64,000 nt of DNA from positions 80,600,001 to 80,664,000 of the forward strand of contig OZ024747.1 in NCBI GenBank assembly GCA_964016885.1, given 5' to 3'. Below, one piece after another: positions 16,237 through 29,380 of this stretch; the stretch's first letter is position 1, and the number at the start of each line of letters is the position of its first letter. Below the pieces are notes generated by a model. The model was given only the letters and a program-made list of their open reading frames with translations, ran no database searches and was not told the DNA's origin. Made by a program: the position numbers and the translations under genes. Source of the stretch: Eledone cirrhosa (Eukaryota).

Positions 16237-19200
16237 GATCGAGTATCGAAAAATCGGCGCACGAGTTAACGAAAAACGAAATTCGATATGAGCGGCAGAG
16301 GGCTCAATAATTCAGATGAATCAGAGCTATAACTATCGTTAAAATACCGTCACATATAGAACAAGTCTACAATCAACCATACGATTTAAAATCGATAAAG
16401 GAAGATTCGGGCCAAACAGATAAAAAATATCAATAAAACAATACGTCAATAATTTAAATGAATGTAAAATCATACCCGGACCCACTAGAAAGGTGTTAAA
16501 TCTAGCTTCATGGGTTTCTGTAAATCCTTAGACAGTACTCTATCAGCTCACATATAAATATAAAAGCCTACTAGAATAAGTGGAACGGAGTTTACGTTGT
16601 CAACGAGTTTTATCCTGGCGGCAAAGGAGTCAACTAGCGGTGAAAAACGCACATGGCATTAGACAAGGGAGATGACCCCTATATCCGCGAAAATAATTCG
16701 AGTGAATGTGGAAATACACATATCGAATTAGAGTGCTCAATAGACATGTTAAAATAAAACAAAAGCTATTCATCACTCAATAGAATCGACAAAATATGAG
16801 CAATAAAATTAACTGGTGGATAGCTATGTCCAGAGCTAAATATATTAGAAAGATCGAGTATCGAAAAATCGGCGCACGAGTTAACGAAAAACGAAATTCG
16901 ATATGAGCGGCAGAGGGCTCAATAATTCAGATGAATCAGAGCTATAACTATCGTTAAAATACCGTCACATATAGAACAAGTCTACAATCAACCATACGAT
17001 TTAAAATCGATAAAGGAAGATTCGGGCCAAACAGATAAAAAATATCAATAAAACAATACGTCAATAATTTAAATGAATGTAAAATCATACCCGGACCCAC
17101 TAGAAAGGTGTTAAATCTAGCTTCATGGGTTTCTGTAAATCCTTAGACAGTACTCTATCAGCTCACATATAAATATAAAAGCCTACTAGAATAAGTGGAA
17201 CGGAGTTTACGTTGTCAACGAGTTTTATCCTGGCGGCAAAGGAGTCAACTAGCGGGTGAAAAACGCACATGGCATTAGACAAGGGAGATGACCCCTATAT
17301 CCGCGAAAATAATTCGAGTGAATGTGGAAATACACATATCGAATTAGAGTGCTCAATAGACATGTTAAAATAAAACAAAAGCTATTCATCACTCAATAGA
17401 ATCGACAAAATATGAGCAATAAAATTAACTGGTGGATAGCTATGTCCAGAGCTAAATATATTAGAAAGATCGAGTATCGAAAAATCGGCGCACGAGTTAA
17501 CGAAAAACGAAATTCGATATGAGCGGCAGAGGGCTCAATAATTCAGATGAATCAGAGCTATAACTATCGTTAAAATACCGTCACATATAGAACAAGTCTA
17601 CAATCAACCATACGATTTAAAATCGATAAAGGAAGATTCGGGCCAAACAGATAAAAAATATCAATAAAACAATACGTCAATAATTTAAATGAATGTAAAA
17701 TCATACCCGGACCCACTAGAAAGGTGTTAAATCTAGCTTCATGGGTTTCTGTAAATCCTTAGACAGTACTCTATCAGCTCACATATAAATATAAAAGCCT
17801 ACTAGAATAAGTGGAACGGAGTTTACGTTGTCAACGAGTTTTATCCTGGCGGCAAAGGAGTCAACTAGCGGTGAAAAACGCACATGGCATTAGACAAGGG
17901 AGATGACCCCTATATCCGCGAAAATAATTCGAGTGAATGTGGAAATACACATATCGAATTAGAGTGCTCAATAGACATGTTAAAATAAAACAAAAGCTAT
18001 TCATCACTCAATAGAATCGACAAAATATGAGCAATAAAATTAACTGGTGGATAGCTATGTCCAGAGCTAAATATATTAGAAAGATCGAGTATCGAAAAAT
18101 CGGCGCACGAGTTAACGAAAAACGAAATTCGATATGAGCGGCAGAGGGCTCAATAATTCAGATGAATCAGAGCTATAACTATCGTTAAAATACCGTCACA
18201 TATAGAACAAGTCTACAATCAACCATACGATTTAAAATCGATAAAGGAAGATTCGGGCCAAACAGATAAAAAATATCAATAAAACAATACGTCAATAATT
18301 TAAATGAATGTAAAATCATACCCGGACCCACTAGAAAGGTGTTAAATCTAGCTTCATGGGTTTCTGTAAATCCTTAGACAGTACTCTATCAGCTCACATA
18401 TAAATATAAAAGCCTACTAGAATAAGTGGAACGGAGTTTACGTTGTCAACGAGTTTTATCCTGGCGGCAAAGGAGTCAACTAGCGGTGAAAAACGCACAT
18501 GGCATTAGACAAGGGAGATGACCCCTATATCCGCGAAAATAATTCGAGTGAATGTGGAAATACACATATCGAATTAGAGTGCTCAATAGACATGTTAAAA
18601 TAAAACAAAAGCTATTCATCACTCAATAGAATCGACAAAATATGAGCAATAAAATTAACTGGTGGATAGCTATGTCCAGAGCTAAATATATTAGAAAGAT
18701 CGAGTATCGAAAAATCGGCGCACGAGTTAACGAAAAACGAAATTCGATATGAGCGGCAGAGGGCTCAATAATTCAGATGAATCAGAGCTATAACTATCGT
18801 TAAAATACCGTCACATATAGAACAAGTCTACAATCAACCATACGATTTAAAATCGATAAAGGAAGATTCGGGCCAAACAGATAAAAAATATCAATAAAAC
18901 AATACGTCAATAATTTAAATGAATGTAAAATCATACCCGGACCCACTAGAAAGGTGTTAAATCTAGCTTCATGGGTTTCTATAAATCCTTAGACAGTACT
19001 CTATCAGCTCACATATAAATATAAAAGCCTACTAGAATAAGTGGAACGGAGTTTACGTTGTCAACGAGTTTTATCCTGGCGGCAAAGGAGTCAACTAGCG
19101 GTGAAAAACGCACATGGCATTAGACAAGGGAGATGACCCCTATATCCGCGAAAATAATTCGAGTGAATGTGGAAATACACATATCGAATTAGAGTGCTCA

Positions 19201-21552
19201 ATAGACATGTTAAAATAAAACAAAAGCTATTCATCACTCAATAGAATCGACAAAATATGAGCAATAAAATTAACTGGTGGATAGCTATGTCCAGAGCTAA
19301 ATATATTAGAAAGATCGAGTATCGAAAAATCGGCGCACGAGTTAACGAAAAACGAAATTCGATATGAGCGGCAGAGGGCTCAATAATTCAGATGAATCAG
19401 AGCTATAACTATCGTTAAAATACCGTCACATATAGAACAAGTCTACAATCAACCATACGATTTAAAATCGATAAAGGAAGATTCGGGCCAAACAGATAAA
19501 AAATATCAATAAAACAATACGTCAATAATTTAAATGAATGTAAAATCATACCCGGACCCACTAGAAAGGTGTTAAATCTAGCTTCATGGGTTTCTGTAAA
19601 TCCTTAGACAGTACTCTATCAGCTCACATATAAATATAAAAGCCTACTAGAATAAGTGGAACGGAGTTTACGTTGTCAACGAGTTTTATCCTGGCGGCAA
19701 AGGAGTCAACTAGCGGTGAAAAACGCACATGGCATTAGACAAGGGAGATGACCCCTATATCCGCGAAAATAATTCGAGTGAATGTGGAAATACACATATC
19801 GAATTAGAGTGCTCAATAGACATGTTAAAATAAAACAAAAGCTATTCATCACTCAATAGAATCGACAAAATATGAGCAATAAAATTAACTGGTGGATAGC
19901 TATGTCCAGAGCTAAATATATTAGAAAGATCGAGTATCGAAAAATCGGCGCACGAGTTAACGAAAAACGAAATTCGATATGAGCGGCAGAGGGCTCAATA
20001 ATTCAGATGAATCAGAGCTATAACTATCGTTAAAATACCGTCACATATAGAACAAGTCTACAATCAACCATACGATTTAAAATCGATAAAGGAAGATTCG
20101 GGCCAAACAGATAAAAAATATCAATAAAACAATACGTCAATAATTTAAATGAATGTAAAATCATACCCGGACCCACTAGAAAGGTGTTAAATCTAGCTTC
20201 ATGGGTTTCTGTAAATCCTTAGACAGTACTCTATCAGCTCACATATAAATATAAAAGCCTACTAGAATAAGTGGAACGGAGTTTACGTTGTCAACGATTT
20301 TTATCCTGGCGGCAAAGGAGTCAACTAGCGGTGAAAAACGCACATGGCATTAGACAAGGGAGATGACCCCTATATCCGCGAAAATAATTCGAGTGAATGT
20401 GGAAATACACATATCGAATTAGAGTGCTCAATAGACATGTTAAAATAAAACAAAAGCTATTCATCACTCAATAGAATCGACAAAATATGAGCAATAAAAT
20501 TAACTGGTGGATAGCTATGTCCAGAGCTAAATATATTAGAAAGATCGAGTATCGAAAAATCGGCGCACGAGTTAACGAAAAACGAAATTCGATATGAGCG
20601 GCAGAGGGCTCAATAATTCAGATGAATCAGAGCTATAACTATCGTTAAAATACCGTCACATATAGAACAAGTCTACAATCAACCATACGATTTAAAATCG
20701 ATAAAGGAAGATTCGGGCCAAACAGATAAAAAATATCAATAAAACAATACGTCAATAATTTAAATGAATGTAAAATCATACCCGGACCCACTAGAAAGGT
20801 GTTAAATCTAGCTTCATGGGTTTCTGTAAATCCTTAGACAGTACTCTATCAGCTCACATATAAATATAAAAGCCTACTAGAATAAGTGGAACGGAGTTTA
20901 CGTTGTCAACGAGTTTTATCCTGGCGGCAAAGGAGTCAACTAGCGGTGAAAAACGCACATGGCATTAGACAAGGGAGATGACCCCTATATCCGCGAAAAT
21001 AATTCGAGTGAATGTGGAAATACACATATCGAATTAGAGTGCTCAATAGACATGTTAAAATAAAACAAAAGCTATTCATCACTCAATAGAATCGACAAAA
21101 TATGAGCAATAAAATTAACTGGTGGATAGCTATGTCCAGAGCTAAATATATTAGAAAGATCGAGTATCGAAAAATCGGCGCACGAGTTAACGAAAAACGA
21201 AATTCGATATGAGCGGCAGAGGGCTCAATAATTCAGATGAATCAGAGCTATAACTATCGTTAAAATACCGTCACATATAGAACAAGTCTACAATCAACCA
21301 TACGATTTAAAATCGATAAAGGAAGATTCGGGCCAAACAGATAAAAAATATCAATAAAACAATACGTCAATAATTTAAATGAATGTAAAATCATACCCGG
21401 ACCCACTAGAAAGGTGTTAAATCTAGCTTCATGGGTTTCTGTAAATCCTTAGACAGTACTCTATCAGCTCACATATAAATATAAAAGCCTACTAGAATAA
21501 GTGGAACGGAGTTTACGTTGTCAACGAGTTTTATCCTGGCGGCAAAGGAGTC

Positions 21553-21556
<4 letters not shown>
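16230..21556. repeat. tandem array of a 615-bp non-coding unit (8 full copies + 405 bp) between (TA)n tracts
   Basis: TAGAAAGATC unit starts at 16231, 16846, 17462, 18077, 18692, 19307, 19922, 20537, 21152; I saw only three inter-unit variants (near 17253, 18981, 20298). Confidence 0.98.
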
Positions 21557-21611
<55 letters not shown>

Positions 21612-21924
21612 CACAACATCACTTATCAGGGTTATTGTGGTATTGTTTACAAAAGAAGTCTTGATGTATCTATATGAAACCTTCATCAATATTCAGGTCG
21701 TATTTTCTGATATCTTCCATTATGTAGCTGTTTCTCAGACTGCCAAACTGTCTAATTTTCTCGAGGAATTTGGCAATATAAAACCTCGACTACTTTATAA
21801 TGTCGGAGCCTTTTTAATTTAATAATTTCATCAATGTTAGATTCGGTGGCTTGGCAACACTTCGTAAAATATTTTATTAGCTGCGTCTCGTCGTTTAACT
21901 AAATGTTTACCGATATTAATTGAT

Positions 21925-22485
21925 TGGTAGATAGCTAAGTATGTAGGTAGATGGTTATATAGGTACGGAAGTAGGGAGATAGGTGAATGTGTAAGGGTGC
22001 AGAAAGGTATAGGCAGACAGGTAGGTAGGTAAGTAGGTAGATACACTGATATATTGTTAGATATATAGACAAAACGATCGACAGATGGACATACGGCCAG
22101 AGTTGCGGACACAAATTAGCTGACAGACAGATAGATAGATACATAGTTAGACATGAGACTTGTAGCTCCGTATATAACTGATTCCATAGACAAATTGATA
22201 GGTAGTTAGGTAAAGAGAGAGTTCGAAACATGGATAAGCAAGTGAGTAGAAAGATAAATGGCGATATAAAGATCAGCATGCACATAGGTATATAGGAACG
22301 TATGCAGGGAGATATACAGATCGATAGATATAGATAGATAATAGATATATATCAATAGATAGATAGATAAAGATAAATAGATAGATAGATATGATATATA
22401 TATATATATATAGATAGATAGATAGATAGATAAATAAATATAAATAGATAAATATAGATAGATAGGTTGATAGATAGATAGATAT
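21925..22485. repeat. degenerate (GATA)n/(TAGG)n tract that continues at 23457-23725 after the LINE
   Basis: direct reading. Confidence 0.9.
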
Positions 22486-23456
22486 CTTTCTTTATTTGCC
22501 ACAGGGGCGTACAAAAATGGGACATTACAAGACGTGACGGCGGGGGTTTTACATAAAATCTTTAACAATGATAAATAACAATAAACTATATAAAAATAAA
22601 ACAATTGAAATCCCCATTAGGTAGGGGGGGAGGTAACGCTACTGCGGGGTTGTTTTACGCCCCGTGGATAGAACAACCCTCAGCACCAGGAACACGTTTT
22701 GTAGGTGTTCACGTCTGCCCTCTGTTTATCTTCCTCAACCTACAGGTTTATATACAGAGAAGGCCCATTCACTCGGCCCATTTTTGCTACATTCACCCAC
22801 CTTTCAGCGAATTTATTGGGGTGTAGCACCTCTCTCTCCACTCTCACCTTCCTTCTGAAGTGGTACTTAAAGAAGGGGATGAGTTGTTGTCCTGAGAGAG
22901 AGGTGCTTGCCCTCAGTCCTTTTAACCTCGTCCACCATATTACCTCTTTCGCCATAGTCACCAGACAGAGGAAGACCGCTTCTCCTTCATTCTTAAATGA
23001 AGGCGGCGGGGTGATCCTCACGATGGACTCGGCTGACAACTGGATGCGTCCCACACGTGACAGTAGCTGTTCGACATAATTCCACAGGTCGGTCACCCCT
23101 GGGCACTGAACAATTGCGTGCAGAACGGTTTCGATGTCCTGCTCGCATCTTGGACAGGTCCTTATGGCAGGATCTCTGCCAGGGCGTCCGTTCCTGTAGA
23201 TTTTGTCTCGAACTGGTAGAGCTCCTCGGTAGCACTGCCAGGCCAGATACCTCTGGAAGTTATCCATAGGCCCTGGACGGAAAGTCCTCCCGAACAGACT
23301 CGTCAGTTCGTCCTCTTCGATGCCTAGTGTTTCCCCGAGAACGTCGTCGCACTTATCCTCCACTAATCCCCTATAGAATGTCGAAGTGGAGTCGCCGCTG
23401 ATTGCCGTTTCTGCTTGGTAGAGGGGCGTGAGCGTCTGAAGACACTCTAGGTGCAT
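22486..23456 (-). mobile_element. 5'-truncated L1/Tx1-type LINE (ORF2 C-terminal zinc finger + 3'UTR) inserted in (GATA)n
   Basis: open frame 22740-23456 with AW.CYRGALPVRD, CPRC...ETVLHAIVQCP....LW, and IWWTR; 3' end CCCCTGTGGCAAATAAAGAAA abuts (TATC)n. Confidence 0.9.
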
Positions 23457-24701
23457 ATAGATAGATGGATAGATAGATAAATAAATAGATGTCCGTTATA
23501 TAGACAGATAATTAGCTATATACATAGATAGATGTAGATAGATAGATATACAGAGCTATAGATGAATAGGTAGATAGATAGATAAGTAGTTAGATATACA
23601 GAGATATAAATAGATAAGTAGATAGATAAATATAGATAGGTAGGTAGATAGATAGATGGATAGATAGATGGATAGATAGATAGATGTCAGTTATATAGAC
23701 ATATATTTAGCTACATACATAGATAGTTTCTAGTTTCTTTTACATCACACACGACTACATTAACCCAAGACATCATCAATCATAAGATAGGCTTATATCA
23801 AATTTATCGTAGTAGATATTAGTCCGTATACGATATTTCCTGACCCTTGTAACACTCGTATGTAGTAATATTAATATTTTAACATCTGTCTACATACGCA
23901 CAACAACGTTGCATGCGCAATCCCAATGACTTGAATTATAGCTCCAACCAATGATATCTAAATTATAATAAAGACTTTACACGTTGTTAAATTAAGAGCG
24001 TAACAGCCGAACTATAATGACATTTACTTTACAAAATGGCTCGAAACAAAATTAACATTGCTTGTAATATATAATAAATACACATGAGTAACAGTAATAT
24101 AATACGCAAAATGGAATCTATATAACCCCAAGAAGCCACAGGTTTCAGAATATTAGAGACAACATCTTCATGAACACATCCATTACATAAAGATTTTCCA
24201 TTCCATTAACACAGCTTGCTCATTGAGGTTTACGTCACATTATCAAGACCAAATGTAACAATTACTTTACAAAAATCTAACAAATATATAGGAGAGAGTA
24301 TACTGAACAACACGGTTGCGTAATAGAGAGGAAGGTTTCGTATAATATGAGATAAATAAATAACGACTTGCTGAAGGGTTTACGAAATATTAGTCCTAAC
24401 ACCCAGATAACCATAGACGAAGGGAAACTAGACAAGGAAGACTGCACATTGCAGCAACAACATCCTCATTAGTATATCACAATAGAATGATCCTATTTAG
24501 CCTTCCTTGTAACATTAAAGAAGATGTATACTTGCACCAAAAGACATAATGGCGGTATTGAGACAGCTACGTTCCGTGTCAAGTTAACAAGATATGAGAC
24601 TTGACTCGAAGTACTAATGTTGAGAGGGAAACAATTGGAAAGAGGCGTTTCTTTTGACTTATTTCCATATCCATGGACACTCTATTTGCCTCAATTATTT
24701 G

Positions 24702-24767
<66 letters not shown>

Positions 24768-24771
<4 letters not shown>

Positions 24772-24890
24772 AATAAAAGATTAAAGTTTAAGCAAAGAAT
24801 CGCTGCTTTCACCCTTAAGGGGATCTTCTTTATTTATCCTTATCGAGCCCTCTTTGGATTTTAGTCTTCACATTTACTATTATTACAATA
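24768..24890. mobile_element. family D head-to-head fragment pair with a truncated HHR on the minus strand
   Basis: 24768-24829 matches rc of 15976-16035; 24832-24890 matches 16074-16130. Confidence 0.8.
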
Positions 24891-25557
24891 TATATATATA
24901 TATATTCTTTTGCAATGCCTTTGAAGAACTGAAAAGCCTTACAGTTTCATAGTTTATCATTGGATTCTATCACGTTAATTCGAAAATAAAAAGAGATAAG
25001 AAACTAAAGAGAATTTTACGCTGAATGCAGTTAGATAAAGACTAAATGATTACAAAATAGAATCTGAATTTTGGATTACGGTAAAGCGATAGGTAATCAC
25101 ATAAATAAATTATATTAAAAAACGGGCAAACGTAGCCAAACTCCTATATAATTCTCTGTCTTACAATGTCCGTTAGATCATGAGTATGTTCCTAGAAATT
25201 GATACGAAAAATATTGTACATAACTAGCAATAATGTGTCTAGACGAACTAAAATTATACAGTCAATTCGGCCATTTTGGTTATACTAATAATATCGTAGG
25301 AAAACTAGCTTATCTTTGAAAGCTAATGAGATTACAATCAGACTAATATCATTTCTGGTAAATGTCCAAAATTCTGTCTTCCTATTTCACGTAGTAATAC
25401 ATTCAGCTGGTGAATATGTTGTACTGATAAATAACAACCAGCTTGTCAAACTTGTCTGTTATACTGAAACTGGATATGGCGATTATTATATTGCAAAGTC
25501 ACACACAGATACCTACCCTTACTAATATATATATATATATATACGAATTGTGTATAT

Positions 25558-25605
<48 letters not shown>

Positions 25606-25609
25606 TATG

Positions 25610-25965
25610 AAGAGAGAAGAAACATTAGATATAATTAGTAATAAGATGTATCATACCTAAACTGCTTCTAAATTCCTCGACTACGTAGTTTCGTGGCATA
25701 ATCAAAAACAATACATCACAGAGATATATAATTTTTGTGAGGTCTGCCGACTTATAAAGAGGATACCTCATTAAGGATTTCAAAAACACGTCTGTAAGAT
25801 GCGAGATAGAATCCCAAAAGGCGGAGGGGGAGTCAATCACGTGATACAGCGGTCAAGAAACAGAGCTAAGCCTCTTATAACCCTGAAAAAAATACCACGG
25901 AGGCGGAGGGGGTATTTATATAGAGGCAGTAGAAGAGGTGGTTAAGGAGGCAAGAAGTATGAGTA
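25610..25965 (-). mobile_element. (TA)n-adjacent repeat, family E, with a decayed HHR-like motif
   Basis: homologous to 50234-50560 (GGCGGAGGG, CACGTGATACA.CGGTCAAGAAA); minus strand GAAA-CTACGTAG-TC. Confidence 0.65.
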
Positions 25966-26101
25966 ATGGTAGCTTTCCTGCAGTCACTACACTTCATGGG
26001 TTACTCGACCAAAGGGAGTTATAAACAATATATAGAGAAACACACAGATACATGCAGACACACACATATACATGAATATGTATATATATATATATATGTG
26101 T

Positions 26102-26178
<77 letters not shown>

Positions 26179-26196
26179 TGTGTGTGTGTGTGTGCG

Positions 26197-26316
26197 TGTG
26201 TTGATGCCCTAAGGACAGACACTGGTCTCTTGAAGACGCAGGACATGGCAGCGATGATGAGGGATAGAGACCGCTGGAGAGAACTCATCTATGGATCTCG
26301 GGAATTTTACCCGCCC
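26197..26316 (+). mobile_element. RTE-clade LINE 3' fragment
   Basis: closely matches 9259-9377. Confidence 0.85.
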
Positions 26317-26452
26317 TATATATATTTATATATATACATACATATATATATATAAACAAAATGTATGTATACATATATATAAACAAAATTTCTATATATA
26401 TATATATATATAGGGATTTTGTTTATATATATATAATGTATATATATATATA

Positions 26453-26512
26453 CAGGGTGTCTCCAAAAAATGTATACACACTTCAACAGATGCAATTACA
26501 TCCATACCTGTA
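26453..26512. mobile_element. Tc1/mariner-type MITE end remnant
   Basis: TA|CAGGGTGTCTCCAAAAAATGTATACAC resembles the TIR of the 38223-38311 MITE. Confidence 0.55.
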
Positions 26513-27613
26513 CTTACATACACAAGCCCGTACCAATATACATACGTATATACATACACACACACATACACACATAAACACATAAATACATACATATTTT
26601 CTGACGATTTAGCGTTACGTTTTGTAACCGTACTGGTTAGTAACGTAAAATTGCAGGTAAACAACAAATATGATAATACTGTGATCTGTGGCAACATAGA
26701 TTTAATTCTTCCTTCAACCTATTCAGCTTTATTTACATGGAAACTGCCCCGAAGCATTCATGAACGTCACAACTAATCACAAACTACAAAAATAAAAACA
26801 AAACATATGGAAAGAAACCAACTCCGAATGACAGAAATTAGCAGTAAGAAAGGAAAGCAATTAAAATACATAGGAACAGAAAATGATTAAAAGAATTAGT
26901 CATGACGACTTATTATTCTTTAAATTATATATAAGAATATATAAAGGGGCCAAAAAAAACCAGAACAAACTGTAAAAGAGAAACGTCAAATGATGTGTGC
27001 ACCTTGTCTTGAAGTAAAGTAATATGTTGGAAAACATGAAAATTGTAGTTAATTGAAATAAACTTTGATCAGACGAGGTATAATTATTTTCTTGAACCTA
27101 CAGTAAATTGATTGTAAATATAAATTATATACGAAGATCGTTGGCTCCAGGCAAACTGGTTTTCAGTTTGTGTAATTTTTTTGTTATTTATCATTTACTT
27201 CCTTTTTATAACTTATCTTCGTAAATTCTTGTTTTATAGAAATTATTATCTGGTTTATCACCTGTGTTTTCTAATGTACTAGAGGCATACGGAAATGAAG
27301 TGATTTGAGACAGATATATTAAAGAGTAAACGGGCAAAATGTGATGAGAATTATAATAAAAACTGCATAATCAAAAGAGAGAGATAGAGAGATAGCCTAC
27401 TGAATATGCACGTGTGATTTTCTTTTCATTTTCCCCGTTCCTTCCTTTCATCACTCTTTACTTTCTATTTATCTTCTGTTTCTAACTCTATCTTCTGGTG
27501 AATGACTAGTATCTGAAACTTTAGGACTCTCTTCTTGCAATTTCAAATGATAAACTAATATATTTTTTCCGTGTAGTGTATCATCTGTTAGGCATTTTTA
27601 TTATTACTTTTAA

Positions 27614-27729
<116 letters not shown>

Positions 27730-27773
27730 TATATATGAGAGAAGAGAAAGAGAGAGAGAGAGGGAGAGAGAGA

Positions 27774-27856
<83 letters not shown>

Positions 27857-28022
27857 TGTCACTAATTAAGAATGTGTCCATTATTCAAAAATATGTAAAT
27901 TAGTTTGCTGATTCTATTTCAAGGATTCTCAGACGTAAGGTAATGTATTTCTTACTTTCTATCAAAACGGTAGAATCTTAACCACAGATGAGAGAATAAT
28001 TATAATAACATTAATAATAATA

Positions 28023-28068
<46 letters not shown>

Positions 28069-28255
28069 GTTATTCCGGGTTGAATCGGAGGTAACCACAG
28101 TAAGTAAGGTACTCAATACATAGCAGAGTATAACAGTTTTAATATAGATGAGATTCTACAGGACTAGAACTGTTTCATTCATTAGAAATCATCAGGATTC
28201 CTGATGATTTCTAATGAATGAAACAGTTCTAGTCCTGTAGAATCTCATCTATATA
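28069..28255. mobile_element. HHR fold-back element; outer element of the nested cluster
   Basis: perfect palindrome 28142-28255 centred on 28198; 28069-28098 is the exact rc of 31055-31084. Confidence 0.88.
28196..28244 (+). ncRNA. type I hammerhead ribozyme, canonical core
   Basis: GATTC-CTGATGA-tTTC taat GAAt-GAAA-CAG ttctagtc CTG-TA-GAATC; predicted GUA cleavage after 28239. Confidence 0.9.
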
Positions 28256-28272
28256 TATATATATATATATAT

Positions 28273-28449
28273 AACAAAGGAATTGTGGTAGGGAATCAGA
28301 TGGACAATAACGCACCAGAGTACTCAATACTTAGGGTAGTAGAGTGGGAAATAGCAAAAAAGTATGACCCCGACGGCAGAGCTCAAGGCGTTTCGACGGC
28401 TATTAGCTGTCGAAACGGCTTGAGCTCTGCCGTCGAGGTCATACTTTTT

Positions 28450-28452
<3 letters not shown>
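28273..28452. mobile_element. family B fold-back with two head-to-head 3' half-HHRs
   Basis: IR 28357-28402 / 28404-28449; GAAAC-GGC ttgagctct GCC-GTC. Confidence 0.85.
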
Positions 28453-28489
<37 letters not shown>

Positions 28490-28531
28490 TTCAAAATATT
28501 AACAAAATAGATATTCTTGTGATCAAGTATA

Positions 28532-28597
28532 TTTTATTATACATATTTCAGAGGTACTGAGTTAACTTCAACAGTACGTCCTCATCAGATAAAATAA
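28532..28597 (-). ncRNA. minimal type I hammerhead ribozyme (mirror copy)
   Basis: reverse complement of 28968-29035. Confidence 0.88.
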
Positions 28598-28967
28598 GAT
28601 GATGCATGACATACCCTGACATAGTAGATGGTTAAGATTCAGTAATGGTAGTGAGTAATATATGACAAAACTCAATATTTATATACCTTAATATTGAGAA
28701 CATGAGAAAAATATATAATACATACAATAGAGAGGGTGCGTGTGAGACAGCTTAAAAAATATTTGGCATCAATATAACTTCAATGAGTTATATTGATGCC
28801 AAATATTTTTTAAGCTGTCTCACACGCACCCTCTCTATTGTATATTTTATATACTTTTCTCATGTTCTCAATATTAAGGTATATAAATATTGAGTTTTGT
28901 CATATATTACTCACTACCATGACTGAATCTTAACTATCCACTATATCAGGGTATGTCATGCATCATC

Positions 28968-29035
28968 TTATTTTATCTGATGAGGACGTACTGTTGAAGT
29001 TAACTCAGTACCTCTGAAATATGTATAATAAAAAA
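28968..29035 (+). ncRNA. minimal type I hammerhead ribozyme
   Basis: TTTTAT-CTGATGA-GGAcGTACTG..CAGTACcTCT-GAAA-T atgt A-TA-ATAAAA; predicted AUA cleavage after 29027. Confidence 0.88.
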
Positions 29036-29187
29036 TACTTGATCACAAGAATATCTATTTTGTTAATATTTTGAATTAATATTAATAACTCAGGAAAACC
29101 ATATCAGTTGAGTGCTTCCAATCTATTGTAAAACTCATTCTTTGATGTATTCATTGAACCTTGTTTAACTTTTAAATATATATATAT

Positions 29188-29290
29188 ATGAGTTGTGAAA
29201 AAAAAAATGAAAACGAAATTTCATTTCTTACTTAAATGTAAGTATGTATGTATACGTACATACATATATGTATACTGACGTACAGTAGCA

Positions 29291-29380
<90 letters not shown>

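Larger units (their letters stand above)
28483..29175. mobile_element. fold-back element family C: 600-bp IR plus a right-hand tail of about 90 bp
   Basis: 28483-28779 is the rc of 28786-29082 with a few substitutions; HHR in both arms. Confidence 0.92.

Noticed and set aside
16600-16645. Twister-like GGAUAAAA stretch on the minus strand of the 615-bp unit
   Set aside because: The other conserved twister elements and pseudoknot pairings are absent.
16230-21556. 615-bp array as CRISPR, 5S rDNA, tRNA, snRNA or histone cluster
   Set aside because: No spacers, no recognisable RNA-gene sequence and no ORF of 60 aa or more within the unit.
23730-24680. Possible ancient retroelement coding remnant (also 53200-53420 and 60150-60400)
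   Set aside because: Only vague motif hints with many stops; cannot be assigned without a translated search.
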